Shown piece by piece: positions 28,107-38,934 of a DNA stretch of 64,000 nucleotides; position 1 is the stretch's first letter, and each line of letters starts with the position of its first letter. A program made the translations under genes and the position numbers. Under the pieces are notes generated by a model. It ran no database searches, was not told the origin of the DNA, and saw only the letters and a program-made list of their open reading frames with translations. Where the stretch lies: IMG/VR virus record IMGVR_UViG_3300014697_000001, positions 128,001 to 192,000 of that record; one strand, 5' to 3'. Source of the DNA: a virus (lineage: Duplodnaviria > Caudoviricetes).

Positions 28107-28691
28107 ATGAGCAAAGAGCAACAACGCATGATGGAGGATCGGGATAAGCTGCTGAATGAAGCAGATAATCCATTGACCTACCTCTTTCGTAAGATTCTTC
28201 GTGACTGGCCTGCAGGATCGGGAGACTGGCCCAGCGGTGTGGAAGCCAAGAATTGGAACATGCGTCTCACGCGCTTTCTAAACAGCCACCTTAGCCGGTG
28301 TCCGAAGAACCCCAAGGACATTGGCCAGGAACGCAACAACTTTAACCGGGCAATTTCCAAGACCCAGATGACCTTCAAGACGTTTCAGAAGGCGCTTCAG
28401 ATTCTTGGACCACTCAAATATAGTATGAGTGTCACGTTGCTACTCCGCAACGGCGAGGAGATCACCATCTCCACACCGATGTTTAAGAACCCATATGCGA
28501 TCATCGATGAGCTGTCCTCGGCTGTCTCTAACAAAGACATGTCACCGGAAAACGACATCGAAAACTACGATCAGGACCAAGACCTGACCGCCGATGCTGT
28601 CGACCACTCAATCGATAAGATCCAAATCCCAGAAGGCAGCGAAGGTCAGGCGTTTGTTACCCGCCGCCGCCGGACGTACCGCACTGACTAG
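28107..28691 (+). CDS. hypothetical protein
   Basis: 194-aa ORF, acidic then Arg-rich C-terminus. Confidence 0.65.
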   Translation: MSKEQQRMMEDRDKLLNEADNPLTYLFRKILRDWPAGSGDWPSGVEAKNWNMRLTRFLNSHLSRCPKNPKDIGQERNNFNRAISKTQMTFKTFQKALQILGPLKYSMSVTLLLRNGEEITISTPMFKNPYAIIDELSSAVSNKDMSPENDIENYDQDQDLTADAVDHSIDKIQIPEGSEGQAFVTRRRRTYRTD

Positions 28692-28740
28692 AACGACCAA
28701 GTCGCGTGCTGCCCACCTATAGGTTTACAGGACCACTACA

Positions 28741-29304
28741 ATGACCCTTGACGCATTGCAAAAACAGGACACTCAACCCATCCAACCGAAAAATGATGGG
28801 ATTGACCACATCAACGTCTATTCGCGTGGTGCCACTGCACTTGGCCGTGCATTGTCCAATCTGTCGGACTGCAACATTGAGCACCCCTACTTCGGACACT
28901 TCCGGACACTGGAAGGCCTGTGGTTTTACATGAAGACCGGTTTCAAAGATGATTCGTTCCGGATTGTGAAAGGTATGACCGCTCGCGATCAAGGCAAGCG
29001 GATGCCGAGTGATTATTATCCCCTGTTCAGCAAGATGTTCAAGCTGGGGATGATCGAAAAGCTCGAACGCAATCCCCAACTGCAACGTGATCTGGTCGAG
29101 AACGAACTGCCCTTGGCGCACTATTACGTGTACCATACCAAAGTCATTGTCCAGGATCGCCATCAGTGGCAGCTGGACTATTGGGCACTGTTGCGCTCGG
29201 CACTGAAGAGCACCGGCTCGTTGAACGTCATCCGTCAGGAACTGCAAGAGGAAATCAAGTACCACCTCAGCAACCTGAAAGAATGTCCGAAAGACGACAT
29301 CTGA
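28741..29304 (+). CDS. NADAR-like (T4 gp30.3-like) protein, tentative
   Basis: DHINVYSRG...LSNL...HFRTLEGLWFYMK...KLERNPQLQRDL echoes NADAR LSNF...F.s.E..yQ..K...KF..N..L...L. Confidence 0.4.
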   Translation: MTLDALQKQDTQPIQPKNDGIDHINVYSRGATALGRALSNLSDCNIEHPYFGHFRTLEGLWFYMKTGFKDDSFRIVKGMTARDQGKRMPSDYYPLFSKMFKLGMIEKLERNPQLQRDLVENELPLAHYYVYHTKVIVQDRHQWQLDYWALLRSALKSTGSLNVIRQELQEEIKYHLSNLKECPKDDI

Positions 29305-29371
29305 CACACCGGATGCGGGGCCTTAGGGCCCCTCTTCCTCCTTTTCTTTTTTGTTTGTTCGAGATCCAGTC

Positions 29372-30379
29372 ATGAGCCTGATTTCCATTCCATTGTTTAA
29401 GACGGACAATACCGAAAAACTTGAAGTGGCTGACGCATACGACGTGGCCAATGAACGCCCCATCAACAAGATTTACCAGGCCAGTAAGAAGAAAGCTGGC
29501 GAGCTTTACTTTCGAGCCGGGGGTGTCAATGGTGTCACAAGTGGCCTGACTAACATTCTTCTGTCCAAGCAAGCCGGTGCCAGTGGAGCACAGCTACTGG
29601 AACAGGGACTCGGGATGTTCGGGACCAGTTCAACTGGTCTGCTGCGTACAGTGGGCGGTGGTGTACTGGATAAGGCCGCCAAGTTCATCGACCTTGACCC
29701 AGCCCTTGTCAGCAAGATCAAACGTACCTCCGATGGGCTACTGACCACGGTCACCAATGGCAACTTGAAAGACATCAGTCAGTATGGCAACGTCGCCAGT
29801 CTGATGGGTGATCTGAGCGGCAATCCTGAAATATCCAGGATGATCAATGTCGGTTTTGAGTCTGCAGTCTGGGGTGCAGCCTTCACTGAAGCCAATAGCT
29901 TCGGCACGTATGACTACTACGAGTCAGTAAGGAGCCATGTAGACCCTGACGTGTACCATCAGGCGGTTATCTACTCGTTACCCTCCGTAGCTACCTCTGG
30001 GTCGGCAGATGCGCTTAAACAAGCGCTGAGGGCCTTGAGTCCCGAAGTCATATTGGCTAACCAGCCAGGCTTCATTGAGATGTTCTTCAGTCAGTTTAAG
30101 TTACCCGAACCACATCCGACTGACATGGCAGCCTTCTCCAACGACCTGGTCGAGAACCTGACTCTGTTGGACCCCCACTGGTACATCCATTCGGCTGACA
30201 CCACACCTGTGGTCTACGATCTCAAATACCTGACCAAGGTCACACCGGACGCGTTGCGGGTACTCTCCATTCATCCGGTCATCGGTCCTCTTGTTCAGAT
30301 CGCGCCTAATTTCCAAGCAGTCTCGGTGGCCGAAGTGATCCGCTCACAATTCCCTAAGATGGTCACCAATCTCAAATAA
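29372..30379 (+). CDS. probable virion structural protein
   Basis: 335 aa, convergent with the gp182-like gene. Confidence 0.55.
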   Translation: MSLISIPLFKTDNTEKLEVADAYDVANERPINKIYQASKKKAGELYFRAGGVNGVTSGLTNILLSKQAGASGAQLLEQGLGMFGTSSTGLLRTVGGGVLDKAAKFIDLDPALVSKIKRTSDGLLTTVTNGNLKDISQYGNVASLMGDLSGNPEISRMINVGFESAVWGAAFTEANSFGTYDYYESVRSHVDPDVYHQAVIYSLPSVATSGSADALKQALRALSPEVILANQPGFIEMFFSQFKLPEPHPTDMAAFSNDLVENLTLLDPHWYIHSADTTPVVYDLKYLTKVTPDALRVLSIHPVIGPLVQIAPNFQAVSVAEVIRSQFPKMVTNLK

Positions 30380-30381
30380 GC

Positions 30382-30418
30382 GCATAACAGGGAGGGGCAG
30401 CTGCCCCTCCCCTTATGC
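30382..30418. terminator. bidirectional hairpin terminator
   Basis: GCATAACA-GGGAGGGGC-AGCT-GCCCCTCCC-C-TTATGC. Confidence 0.7.
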
Positions 30419-30424
30419 TGGATG

Positions 30425-32515
30425 TTACTGTCTGTCGGTAGCCATCGAGATAGCTTTGGCACCTTCGCCAAGCAGACCCGACATCGCCCACATGGCTGCA
30501 CGCTCTGGCGACTGGGTGTCGTCGAATGCAGCTTGTTGACGGGCCAGGCGCAAGGCCCATTTACGCAGGGTGTTGATCTCAGCCTCCAACGGAATGCCAG
30601 CCAGAATCGACAGGTAGTCCGTGTAGTTGTTATCGTCGTCATACGTTGAACCCAACATGACCGCTGCAAGGTTCTCGCCGACCTGCCCACCCTGAGAGTA
30701 GTCATACCCATTCAACCAACCGATAGAACCACCTACCGCGTAACCGGCCGCCTGAATGGCCTTGTCCGAATACTCGAACGATGGGTTGATAGGCATGTTG
30801 ACTGCACTGGTCAAATCAATCAAGCCCAACTGGACATCGACACCCAAGAAGGCGCCATTGTTTGTCCAGCCCACATCACCCACGCCACGGGTAAAGGTCA
30901 CCGAATCCACAATGGCCAGACGCGAATGCGCACGACCTTGAGCAAAGTACTCAACGAGGAACGGGGAAGTGTGAGAGGCTTTACCGGTGGACAACGGCAC
31001 TGCCATGGCAAAGATGCAACTCATCGGCAGAATCAAGTTCTGTAGACGAGAGATCGGATCACCATAGGGCGAACGCAATGGGATGTTCAGCGACAGCTTG
31101 TTGAAGTCACAACTTGAACTATCCCAGACCTTAGGGATATCCACATAGGCCGAACCAGCCAATTGGGCTAGGCCTTGAATACCCAGTCCTGTAGCGGCCC
31201 CAGACATGAAATCCTTGAAGGCATCTACCGCACCACCGATGATCCCGACTCCGTCAATGTTGCCATCGAACATACTGAATCGGGTTTCACGGGCACTGGC
31301 CGAGATGCCGTTGATCTGCCCGCTGATTGACGGTTCCTTGGTGCTGTTGCTGAACGACTCGGCTTGGGTCCCGGTGAAGTCCACCCGCAGGCTCAGGAAC
31401 TCGGAACCCATTCTGGCTTCTGCCATAAATGCATCGGCAGTACGCTCAATGATGCCGTCTTCCATTCGGCCGACTTTCTCAACCTTAGACTCAGCGAGGA
31501 GTTCTTCACCTTCCTTGATCTGTCCGAGCATCTCACTGTTTCGCCAGATCTCCACGTAGCTGTCTAGCGTGGCATCCATGTTGTTGACGCCTGTGATGAC
31601 GGCATTCATGTCGTCGCCGTACATGCGTCGCTTAAAGATGGCCTGAATCTCTTCTTTAGAGTTGGCCTTATCCAATTCGCCATTGAGTAGCTCGCGGCGA
31701 TGGTTGACCAGACGCTGACCACGTTGAGCCACGGCAAAGACGTCAATGCCACCATTCTTCCGGTAGATCGATGGGATCATCCGGTGCATGTTCTTGATAT
31801 CGTTCTGGTCGATGCCATTTTCTTTGTTGTAGATGGGTTTGTTACCCTCGTACAAAGGTCGTTCGACGATGCCCATGTTCGCTGCAATACCGTTAACCAT
31901 CGAGCTGACTGCTTGCCAGTAAGGCAACATGGCAGGTTTGAGGTAGTAGTATTTTGACGCAGGCCGGCGCAGGAAGAACCGGATGGCTTTACCGGCCACA
32001 CCTGCAACCATGATGAACGGCATCAGTGGAATCGTTGCCACTGTACCTACCGCCCAACCCAAGGTGTAGAAGAACCCTGGTGCACGACCAGTCCGTGCCA
32101 TGGACGAGGCAGGAACCGAGTAATAGTTGGTGTAGAACTGAGTCAGGCTGTTGAACTGCGGAAAGCCCATGCGAAAGTGTACAACCTGCATGTTGTCGTC
32201 AATCTTCTCGCTGTAGGTACGGCCCATGCCATTACACCCTTTCGGGTCAGTGCTGGTGCTGCGCGATACCTTCGGGAGCAGGGTCGATGATCCTCGACCG
32301 TGCTGATTGACAAACAGGTTGTGTTTCAGGTCTGCATACCGAGTGAACTGAGGGAGAGGGTTAATGACAAAGTTTCCACCTAGGGTGGTGTCGTTGGCCT
32401 TCTGCATCGAGGTGGAATAAATTCGGTTGACGACCGCAGCATTACCCCCGATGATGGTATCGGCAGGCAGCAAGAAGGCTGATTTAACCCAACTGTCGTC
32501 GAGGATATTGTCCAT
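30425..32515 (-). CDS. tail/baseplate protein (phiKZ gp182-like)
   Basis: DTTLGGNFVINPLPQFTRYAD...GMGRTYSEKIDDN motif; downstream of the tape-measure/lysozyme gene. Confidence 0.7.
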   Translation of the reverse strand: MDNILDDSWVKSAFLLPADTIIGGNAAVVNRIYSTSMQKANDTTLGGNFVINPLPQFTRYADLKHNLFVNQHGRGSSTLLPKVSRSTSTDPKGCNGMGRTYSEKIDDNMQVVHFRMGFPQFNSLTQFYTNYYSVPASSMARTGRAPGFFYTLGWAVGTVATIPLMPFIMVAGVAGKAIRFFLRRPASKYYYLKPAMLPYWQAVSSMVNGIAANMGIVERPLYEGNKPIYNKENGIDQNDIKNMHRMIPSIYRKNGGIDVFAVAQRGQRLVNHRRELLNGELDKANSKEEIQAIFKRRMYGDDMNAVITGVNNMDATLDSYVEIWRNSEMLGQIKEGEELLAESKVEKVGRMEDGIIERTADAFMAEARMGSEFLSLRVDFTGTQAESFSNSTKEPSISGQINGISASARETRFSMFDGNIDGVGIIGGAVDAFKDFMSGAATGLGIQGLAQLAGSAYVDIPKVWDSSSCDFNKLSLNIPLRSPYGDPISRLQNLILPMSCIFAMAVPLSTGKASHTSPFLVEYFAQGRAHSRLAIVDSVTFTRGVGDVGWTNNGAFLGVDVQLGLIDLTSAVNMPINPSFEYSDKAIQAAGYAVGGSIGWLNGYDYSQGGQVGENLAAVMLGSTYDDDNNYTDYLSILAGIPLEAEINTLRKWALRLARQQAAFDDTQSPERAAMWAMSGLLGEGAKAISMATDRQ

Positions 32516-32541
32516 GGGTGACCTCTTAAAAATAGAAAAAG

Positions 32542-32569
32542 AGAGTGAGGGGATTGCTCCCCTCACTCT
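32542..32569 (-). terminator. intrinsic terminator after the tape-measure gene
   Basis: 12-bp stem AGAGTGAGGGGA/TCCCCTCACTCT followed by a U-rich tract on the minus strand. Confidence 0.7.
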
Positions 32570-32573
32570 ATGG

Positions 32574-35500
32574 TTACGCCATCCGCCCTACGGAGACCGT
32601 CCCTTTCGGAGCGGGCCGTGTGGCATTGATACTGGGGTTCTGTCGAGTGGTGGAATTGGCCATCAGCTCACTTTTACCAGAGGTGACTCCGGGTGTGGGC
32701 ATGGCGCCACCTTTGACCAGACTTACCAGGGTGATCAGTTGCTCCAGCTGCGATTCGTTAACACTGATCAGACGACCGATGTTAGCTTCAGCACCACCGA
32801 ATGTATCGGCATTGGCTCGAGTCTGCGGGGCAGTCTGAGCTTCTGCAGTACGTGCAGCCACGGCCAAGGGTGCAATGGTAGACTGGGTCTGCCGTGCGTC
32901 GGCCTGTTCGGTGAGACTGGTCGCGGAAGGTGCACTCTGGTTCTCTGCCACAGTATTTGTTGCAGGTGCTGTTTCAACAGGCTTAACCATCGATGGCATT
33001 GTACCATCAGCGGTAACTGCCACTGACTCAGTTGCCGCAGTTGCCTCCACTGGACCTGCGGCTCCTCCAGCATTGCCTGCGGCGGTTTCGCTGGCAGCGA
33101 GTACAGGCGAACCTGTCAGCAGCCCTTGGGCCACTTGACCTGCGTCTTGTTTCCGATGCTTCGTCAACTTCTTATCGAAGTCGTTGTAGACATCAGCCAC
33201 GGTACGCGGTTGGCCATTGCGATTGTAGAAGATCGCGGGGTTTGATTTTGCCTGAGCTTGCCCCACATGGTTGATCGCAAGATCGCCCGGAGGTGCACTC
33301 AAGAATTTCTTCGCCCCACCTGGACCTAGGAAGTGTGCCAAGTAGACGTCAGTGTCCGTGATGCCACGGTTCACCACCTTCTTGATGGTGTCGACGTTTT
33401 CCCGGATGTACTCAAGGCCCAACAGGGCGTTTGCCCGTGGATCGTGCTGCGTGGTGTTAGGGTTGATCCCGTACTTGCTGGCGTACTTTGCCATCAGTCC
33501 TTTCCAAGTGCCGTTGATGACCTGGTAGTAACTGGCAGCCGAAGAGAGCACACCGGCGGAGGGGTTGCGTGGGTTCTTGTACGGCAATGCATTAGGTCTG
33601 TAGTTAGATTCAACACCGGCAATACTAGCAGCCAGTGCTGGATCGACCCCGACCATGTTGGCAGCTGCCATCAAGGTAGCCCGGTTCGCTTCCCACCCAT
33701 CGCCTTGCGGTTCTGGGATGTCGTTGATGTTACCGCCTGTGCCACCACCAGGATGACTGACGGGTGTTCCAGTCTTCAGTGTCGATGCACCCCCAGGTGC
33801 AGCGGGTTGACCGCTGCTGTTGATAGACCCCTGTTGTTCAGGCTTGCTACCAAATCCGAAGAAGTCCTTTGTCTTCGACCACCAACTGCCCCCATTCTCC
33901 TTTTGAGATTCTGGGGTCGCAGAGCCGTTCGGGCCATTGGTTTGTCCCTGTGTGCTCGGTCGGTTGGTTTGGGTGGGATCTTCAGCCAGGAGTTCACCAT
34001 TCTTGCCGCGGGTGCGGCCCTTTTGAATGGCTTCCTCTTCCGACAGGACTTTGTCCTTAATCTTCAAGCTGAGGTTGTACAGGGGTTCCTTGACCGAGTC
34101 ACTGTCCTCATTGAGGTAGTAGCCGGGCCATGGGCTCGCTGTAATCTCCCAGACCGAGATACCGGCATTGTCCCGTGCCGTGGCCGTTTCACGAAGCACT
34201 TCCATCAACTGCTCAGGTGCCAGTCGGTCGTCGGCAGTTTGCGCATCGATGTTAGCGCGCGCCCTCACCCCAGTGCAGAAGGCCAGGTATGCCGGCAGGA
34301 AACGACGATGGAACCAAATGTAGCACCGATCAGCCTCTTCCCCGATGGGGGAGAATATCTTCTCTGCCCGCAACATCCCGGCACTAACATCAGCCAGTTC
34401 AGCTTGGCCATCCTTGTTGTAGCGTGTGGTAGCAAAGCAGTAAGCTTCAAGTGCAGCCAATTGATTGACTTTACTTTCGACCATCTCGGTCAGGCCGTAG
34501 ACACGATAGCGGACAGACCGCCCGTCAGTCAAAGCCTTAGACGATTTATTGATCGCAGCAATCACTGCCGCACCTGCACCCATGATGGCAGTGGCGCCGG
34601 TAGGGTCGTAGCTTGCCTTCACCATCCCAGTGACATTGGCCGTCGTGGTTTTGCTCTGGTTATTCAGCGGTTGTGGCGGTGGAGTAGCCGAGGTGGTCGA
34701 TGGGCTTTGCAGTTCTGCTTTGGCTTTCGCTGCTGCTTCCTTGCGTGCCGCACCATCGTGGCCAGGGAACATCCCTGCAGCGGCTGCGTTTGTCTTGGCC
34801 ACGGTATCGACTGCAGACTTCACAGCCTTGGCTTCGATTTCTCGCTTGACATCCTTGACAATCTTTTCCACGCCGCTGGCATCCATTTCCAGCTCATCAT
34901 CCTCGAACGGACTGATCATGGCATTAAGGACTTCGGGGCGCTCACTCATGGCGACCTTACCCACAAACTCCAGCGCCACCTTACCGGTCAGCTTCTCGTC
35001 GATCTTGACTAGGTCAAACGACTTGTTCAGCATGTGGTAGTTGCCAATCCAGTTCAAGTACACCGCCGCAAAACGACCGGTCACAAACGCCTTGACGCGC
35101 TGGAACAGTTCGTTTTCTGAGGGTGGGACATCCATGTTGATCTTGAACATCTGGGCAATGGGTTCGAACGACATGCTCTGCATGTCCACTTGCGCCTTCC
35201 CTGTTGGGTCAACGGTTGTGTACTTGCCCACGTACTCTTCCAGTTGCAGCAGGGTCTTCAGTTCATCCGTATCAGGTTGCGGATCGATGCCGTACTGCGC
35301 CATCCGAAGACGCGTCAGTGGCGGAACCTTTTCCTTGACGAACGAGTACACCATGGCACCCACGGCTACGGCAGCACCCCCGATCGCCAGCCCTGCGAGT
35401 ACCGGAGCACTGACCAGACCAGCCGCACCCAAGAGAGCACCAGCAGCCATGCGAGCACCTGTCCCCAACACAGTACGGGTCAGGGGATTAGTCAGAATGC

Positions 35501-38500
35501 GCCCAGCAAGCTTTGCAGCACCCCAGGTTCCCTTACCCATGAGCTTGGTTGCACCCCAACCCAACTTAGCCGCACCGCCGATTCCCTTAGCACCCAGCTT
35601 CAATCCTTTGCCGAAGATCCCCATCTTATCAAGCGCCCGTCCCCCAAAGTTCATCAGCTTACCGAGTTTACCGGTTCGCTTAGCACGGCGCTTATTCTTG
35701 CGGTCTTTCTTACTCTCGCCATCGCCACCACCGAAGAAGTCGCCGAGACCACCCAACCATCCACCCCCACCGCCTTCTTCGTCGCCTTCCCCACCTTGGA
35801 GTTTGGCCATCAGTGCAGCAAGTGGACCACCTTTACTAAAGAGTCCACCGATGCCATCGGATTTTCCTTTGATCTTGTCCTTAAGGTCGTCTTTCATTCC
35901 TTTGGCTCTCGAAGCCAGGTCCTGGAACGATCCCTTACGGACTTTTTCGCGGGTGACTTCCTGCAAGGTCTGATACTGAAGCTGCACGTTGCGCAGCGCC
36001 AGCGTCAACATGTCCTCGTTATGGTCTCCGGTCAGCTCACTGGAAATATCAGCACCCATCTTACCTTTGAGCCTGCGCATCAGACGATTAATGCGAGGTC
36101 TGAAGGTACGCTTCTGGCGCTTCAGTTCCTTGCCTGCCTGGTCCAGGTGGGGGCTGGCTGCAGTCGCCAATTTGTTGGACTGATCGATGATATACCGACC
36201 TGCCTCACCGGTCATCTGACCTGCCTTTGAACTGGCAAACCGGAACTTAAGGTCTGCAGCGCGCTTGATCAGCTTCCCTTTCTTGTCAGCGATGTAACCG
36301 CTTTCCATGAAGTCGTTGTACCGCATGACCGTCTTGCCCTTGAGGTCGACGACATCGCTCTGAATCTCTTCCAAGTGCTTGAGGATCGCACCGGTGGCTT
36401 TGTCGCGGTACTCGCCAGCTTTAAGCTTGGCTTCAGTGATCAAGGGATGATCATCGCCTTGGAGCCAGATATCCTTACCCAGCTCCTTGGCTTTGTCGAA
36501 TTTCTCATTACCACGTTTCCAGACATCGGATGCCCGATCACCGGCAACATTGCGGTAATGCTTGAAGCGTTCGGAGAGGTTCTGGGTAGCCCCTTGCACC
36601 TTTCCTGCCATCCCTTCCATGGCCCCGCCCTGACAACAGCACAATCCTTTTGTACTGAGTTGCTTGAGTAGCTCAACCGTCTCACTGTGAAAATCTCGCG
36701 ATTCACGGATCAAAGTCAGGAGGGTGGACTTATCCCCTAGGTAGCGCTCTAGTCCGGTCTTTCGACCGAGGCTCTGCGCCGCGCCAGCGGAAGATACATC
36801 AGCTCGAGCAGCCCGCGAGGCATGATCACCAGCAGGATTAATAAGCTTTGCAATACGACCAGGCAGGAGATCACGCAGATTATCGCCATCCTTGCGACCT
36901 TGCGGAGTTCCTGTTTCACCTGATTCACCGTCGGAGTCGTCATCGAGAATGTTGCTCCAATATTTGTTGAAATCAATGGTGTCTTCGCGGCCATCCCGGC
37001 GTATGAAGCCAAGTTCTCTAAGGGTGTCTTTACCAACTAGGTCTCCGAGGATGCGGGTCCTGTCGCCTATCGCAGGTACCATGCTGGACATGCGATAGAA
37101 GTGATCGGCAATGTCATTGAAGCGCTTACGCCCCTCGATGGACATGTCAGTGCGATTGCCGTTCTCATCCAACCCGAATGCATCGATTACCGCTTCGGTG
37201 ATTTCCTCCACCACCCCCGGTTCTTCACCTGGGTAGTTGTCGGGATCGGACAACCGGTCGGGTTTCAGGTCGCGTCCGTTAGCCAACTCGTCGAGCAGCT
37301 TCAGTTTGAGCACTCGCTGTGCGCGCGTAGACATCCCGTCGGCGCCAATCATCTTCAGGAAGTCATCAGCGGCAGCGCGTAGACTTTCACGTTCTTGACG
37401 TGGCATCAGCGTGCGTTGGATATCCTTCAGTTGATCTTTGCGGCTAGTGAAACCACCCCGAGCAAGGTTATAGACCTGCTTCTCGCCCTCTTCGCCTCGA
37501 GCGAGGGTTTTGGTCCAGTGAGCAATTTCAGACAGGTAACCTGGAATCACTTCGATCAATGAACGGCGTGAGAGTTTATCAAACGTCGCCATCTCATCGA
37601 GGGATTCAATCGAATCCCCACCAGTTCGTGCATCCAGACTAAATTGCGGCAAAAAGCTCTTGAAGACTTTGCCTATCACTGACTTGAAGCCATAACCTTC
37701 GTTGTCAGATTGACTTTGCGCGTATTCGTTGACTTTCTGCGGCAGGCCGCTGAATATACCTCTGAGTTTTTCACCACCCATTGCAATACGCTTGTTCTTC
37801 GCCAGGAATGGCGCGATGAACATCGACGCGTGATCGCGAGCTGCCCCGGCGGCAGTCGCGCCGAGGGTCTGACCTGCCAGATAGCTCTTATCCATGCCCT
37901 CGGTCATGCTGCGGGCTTCCTTGATTGGATCAAGGAAACCGCTGACCATGCCTTGGACGTTGGACATCATCTGTTTGGTGTAATTTTGCGACCAATTTGA
38001 AATCGAGTTAAGACCATTTCCCAGGAGTCGTTGTTTGGCCAACTGACCAAACATTTCACTGCCACGAATCTTAACCGCCTCAGGGAGCGCGGTGTTGTGG
38101 CGGATGGTTTCAAGTAATTGTTGTTGTTTCTGTGTCGCAATGGACATCATGTCCGTCAGTTGCTTGGTGGTCGCGTACTGACGGTAATTCAGTTCCAGCA
38201 TCTTTTGCTGGTAACGAATAGTGACCTTGTCCTGATACCCAACCAACCGTGCCATGCTGCGATTGATGGCATTGAGGGCTTGGATGTTGGACTTAAAGCG
38301 AGCCTGTTCAAGCGCCTTGCGCTCGACGTTCTCAACCGCATCCTGATCAGAACGCTCTTCGTCGGCAGCGGCCTTGGCCTTGAAGATCTCAGCCAGCGCA
38401 GCCAGCTCACTCTCTTCCTGTTCTCGACGGTACTGGGCTTCGGAGGTGACCTTGTAGTCTTCATCTTCTTCCAGGGCGTTGTTCAGGCGGTCTGCGACTT

Positions 38501-38864
38501 TCTTAGGCAGAACCTTATTTCCCAGAAGGTTCATGGCCTTTCGGCCAAACCTCTTACTGCTGCGAACCAGTTCTGGAGAATCCCCGGTTACCTTATCGTA
38601 TAGTGAGCGGGTGTCGGTTGCGATATTCTCGAGTGTGTCAGCTGCCAGCGAATACCCTTCAGGCATTGCCAGCGACATAGCGGTCCTGAGGCTAGATGCA
38701 CTGGTCAGTTCGTTTTTAGCGCCGTGTACTACGCCTTTGAGCACACGCTCGATGGGTTTGCGGGAAGAGCTATCCTCCACACCTTCGCCATCAAATTCAG
38801 GGACGTCGAAGTCGAAACTATCGAGGTCGAGGTCGTCCAAATTGATTTCGTCTTTCTTAGCCAT
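32574..38864 (-). CDS. tape-measure-like tail protein with C-terminal lytic transglycosylase (phiKZ gp181-like)
   Basis: 2096 aa, helical, central Gly/Ala hydrophobic segment, SLT motifs AGVESNY...ASYYQVINGTW...YLAHFLGPGG. Confidence 0.88.
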   Translation of the reverse strand: MAKKDEINLDDLDLDSFDFDVPEFDGEGVEDSSSRKPIERVLKGVVHGAKNELTSASSLRTAMSLAMPEGYSLAADTLENIATDTRSLYDKVTGDSPELVRSSKRFGRKAMNLLGNKVLPKKVADRLNNALEEDEDYKVTSEAQYRREQEESELAALAEIFKAKAAADEERSDQDAVENVERKALEQARFKSNIQALNAINRSMARLVGYQDKVTIRYQQKMLELNYRQYATTKQLTDMMSIATQKQQQLLETIRHNTALPEAVKIRGSEMFGQLAKQRLLGNGLNSISNWSQNYTKQMMSNVQGMVSGFLDPIKEARSMTEGMDKSYLAGQTLGATAAGAARDHASMFIAPFLAKNKRIAMGGEKLRGIFSGLPQKVNEYAQSQSDNEGYGFKSVIGKVFKSFLPQFSLDARTGGDSIESLDEMATFDKLSRRSLIEVIPGYLSEIAHWTKTLARGEEGEKQVYNLARGGFTSRKDQLKDIQRTLMPRQERESLRAAADDFLKMIGADGMSTRAQRVLKLKLLDELANGRDLKPDRLSDPDNYPGEEPGVVEEITEAVIDAFGLDENGNRTDMSIEGRKRFNDIADHFYRMSSMVPAIGDRTRILGDLVGKDTLRELGFIRRDGREDTIDFNKYWSNILDDDSDGESGETGTPQGRKDGDNLRDLLPGRIAKLINPAGDHASRAARADVSSAGAAQSLGRKTGLERYLGDKSTLLTLIRESRDFHSETVELLKQLSTKGLCCCQGGAMEGMAGKVQGATQNLSERFKHYRNVAGDRASDVWKRGNEKFDKAKELGKDIWLQGDDHPLITEAKLKAGEYRDKATGAILKHLEEIQSDVVDLKGKTVMRYNDFMESGYIADKKGKLIKRAADLKFRFASSKAGQMTGEAGRYIIDQSNKLATAASPHLDQAGKELKRQKRTFRPRINRLMRRLKGKMGADISSELTGDHNEDMLTLALRNVQLQYQTLQEVTREKVRKGSFQDLASRAKGMKDDLKDKIKGKSDGIGGLFSKGGPLAALMAKLQGGEGDEEGGGGGWLGGLGDFFGGGDGESKKDRKNKRRAKRTGKLGKLMNFGGRALDKMGIFGKGLKLGAKGIGGAAKLGWGATKLMGKGTWGAAKLAGRILTNPLTRTVLGTGARMAAGALLGAAGLVSAPVLAGLAIGGAAVAVGAMVYSFVKEKVPPLTRLRMAQYGIDPQPDTDELKTLLQLEEYVGKYTTVDPTGKAQVDMQSMSFEPIAQMFKINMDVPPSENELFQRVKAFVTGRFAAVYLNWIGNYHMLNKSFDLVKIDEKLTGKVALEFVGKVAMSERPEVLNAMISPFEDDELEMDASGVEKIVKDVKREIEAKAVKSAVDTVAKTNAAAAGMFPGHDGAARKEAAAKAKAELQSPSTTSATPPPQPLNNQSKTTTANVTGMVKASYDPTGATAIMGAGAAVIAAINKSSKALTDGRSVRYRVYGLTEMVESKVNQLAALEAYCFATTRYNKDGQAELADVSAGMLRAEKIFSPIGEEADRCYIWFHRRFLPAYLAFCTGVRARANIDAQTADDRLAPEQLMEVLRETATARDNAGISVWEITASPWPGYYLNEDSDSVKEPLYNLSLKIKDKVLSEEEAIQKGRTRGKNGELLAEDPTQTNRPSTQGQTNGPNGSATPESQKENGGSWWSKTKDFFGFGSKPEQQGSINSSGQPAAPGGASTLKTGTPVSHPGGGTGGNINDIPEPQGDGWEANRATLMAAANMVGVDPALAASIAGVESNYRPNALPYKNPRNPSAGVLSSAASYYQVINGTWKGLMAKYASKYGINPNTTQHDPRANALLGLEYIRENVDTIKKVVNRGITDTDVYLAHFLGPGGAKKFLSAPPGDLAINHVGQAQAKSNPAIFYNRNGQPRTVADVYNDFDKKLTKHRKQDAGQVAQGLLTGSPVLAASETAAGNAGGAAGPVEATAATESVAVTADGTMPSMVKPVETAPATNTVAENQSAPSATSLTEQADARQTQSTIAPLAVAARTAEAQTAPQTRANADTFGGAEANIGRLISVNESQLEQLITLVSLVKGGAMPTPGVTSGKSELMANSTTRQNPSINATRPAPKGTVSVGRMA

Positions 38865-38898
38865 GGCCTAGATACTCCACGCAGGCTTTAAATAAGAT

Positions 38899-38920
38899 TA
38901 GCCTTCTTTCATACCAACTG
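38899..38920 (-). promoter_or_regulatory. candidate late promoter (TATG core)
   Basis: Minus strand CAGTTGGTATGAAAGAAGGCTA upstream of the tape-measure gene; matches 2024-2045. Confidence 0.45.
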
Positions 38921-38934
38921 TTGGAAATCCCACT

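Noticed and set aside
33333-35012. Long antisense ORFs (also 45216-46616, 49442-50770, 51858-53063, 56079-57764, 62090-63229)
   Set aside because: They mirror strongly codon-biased genes on the opposite strand and show no motifs.
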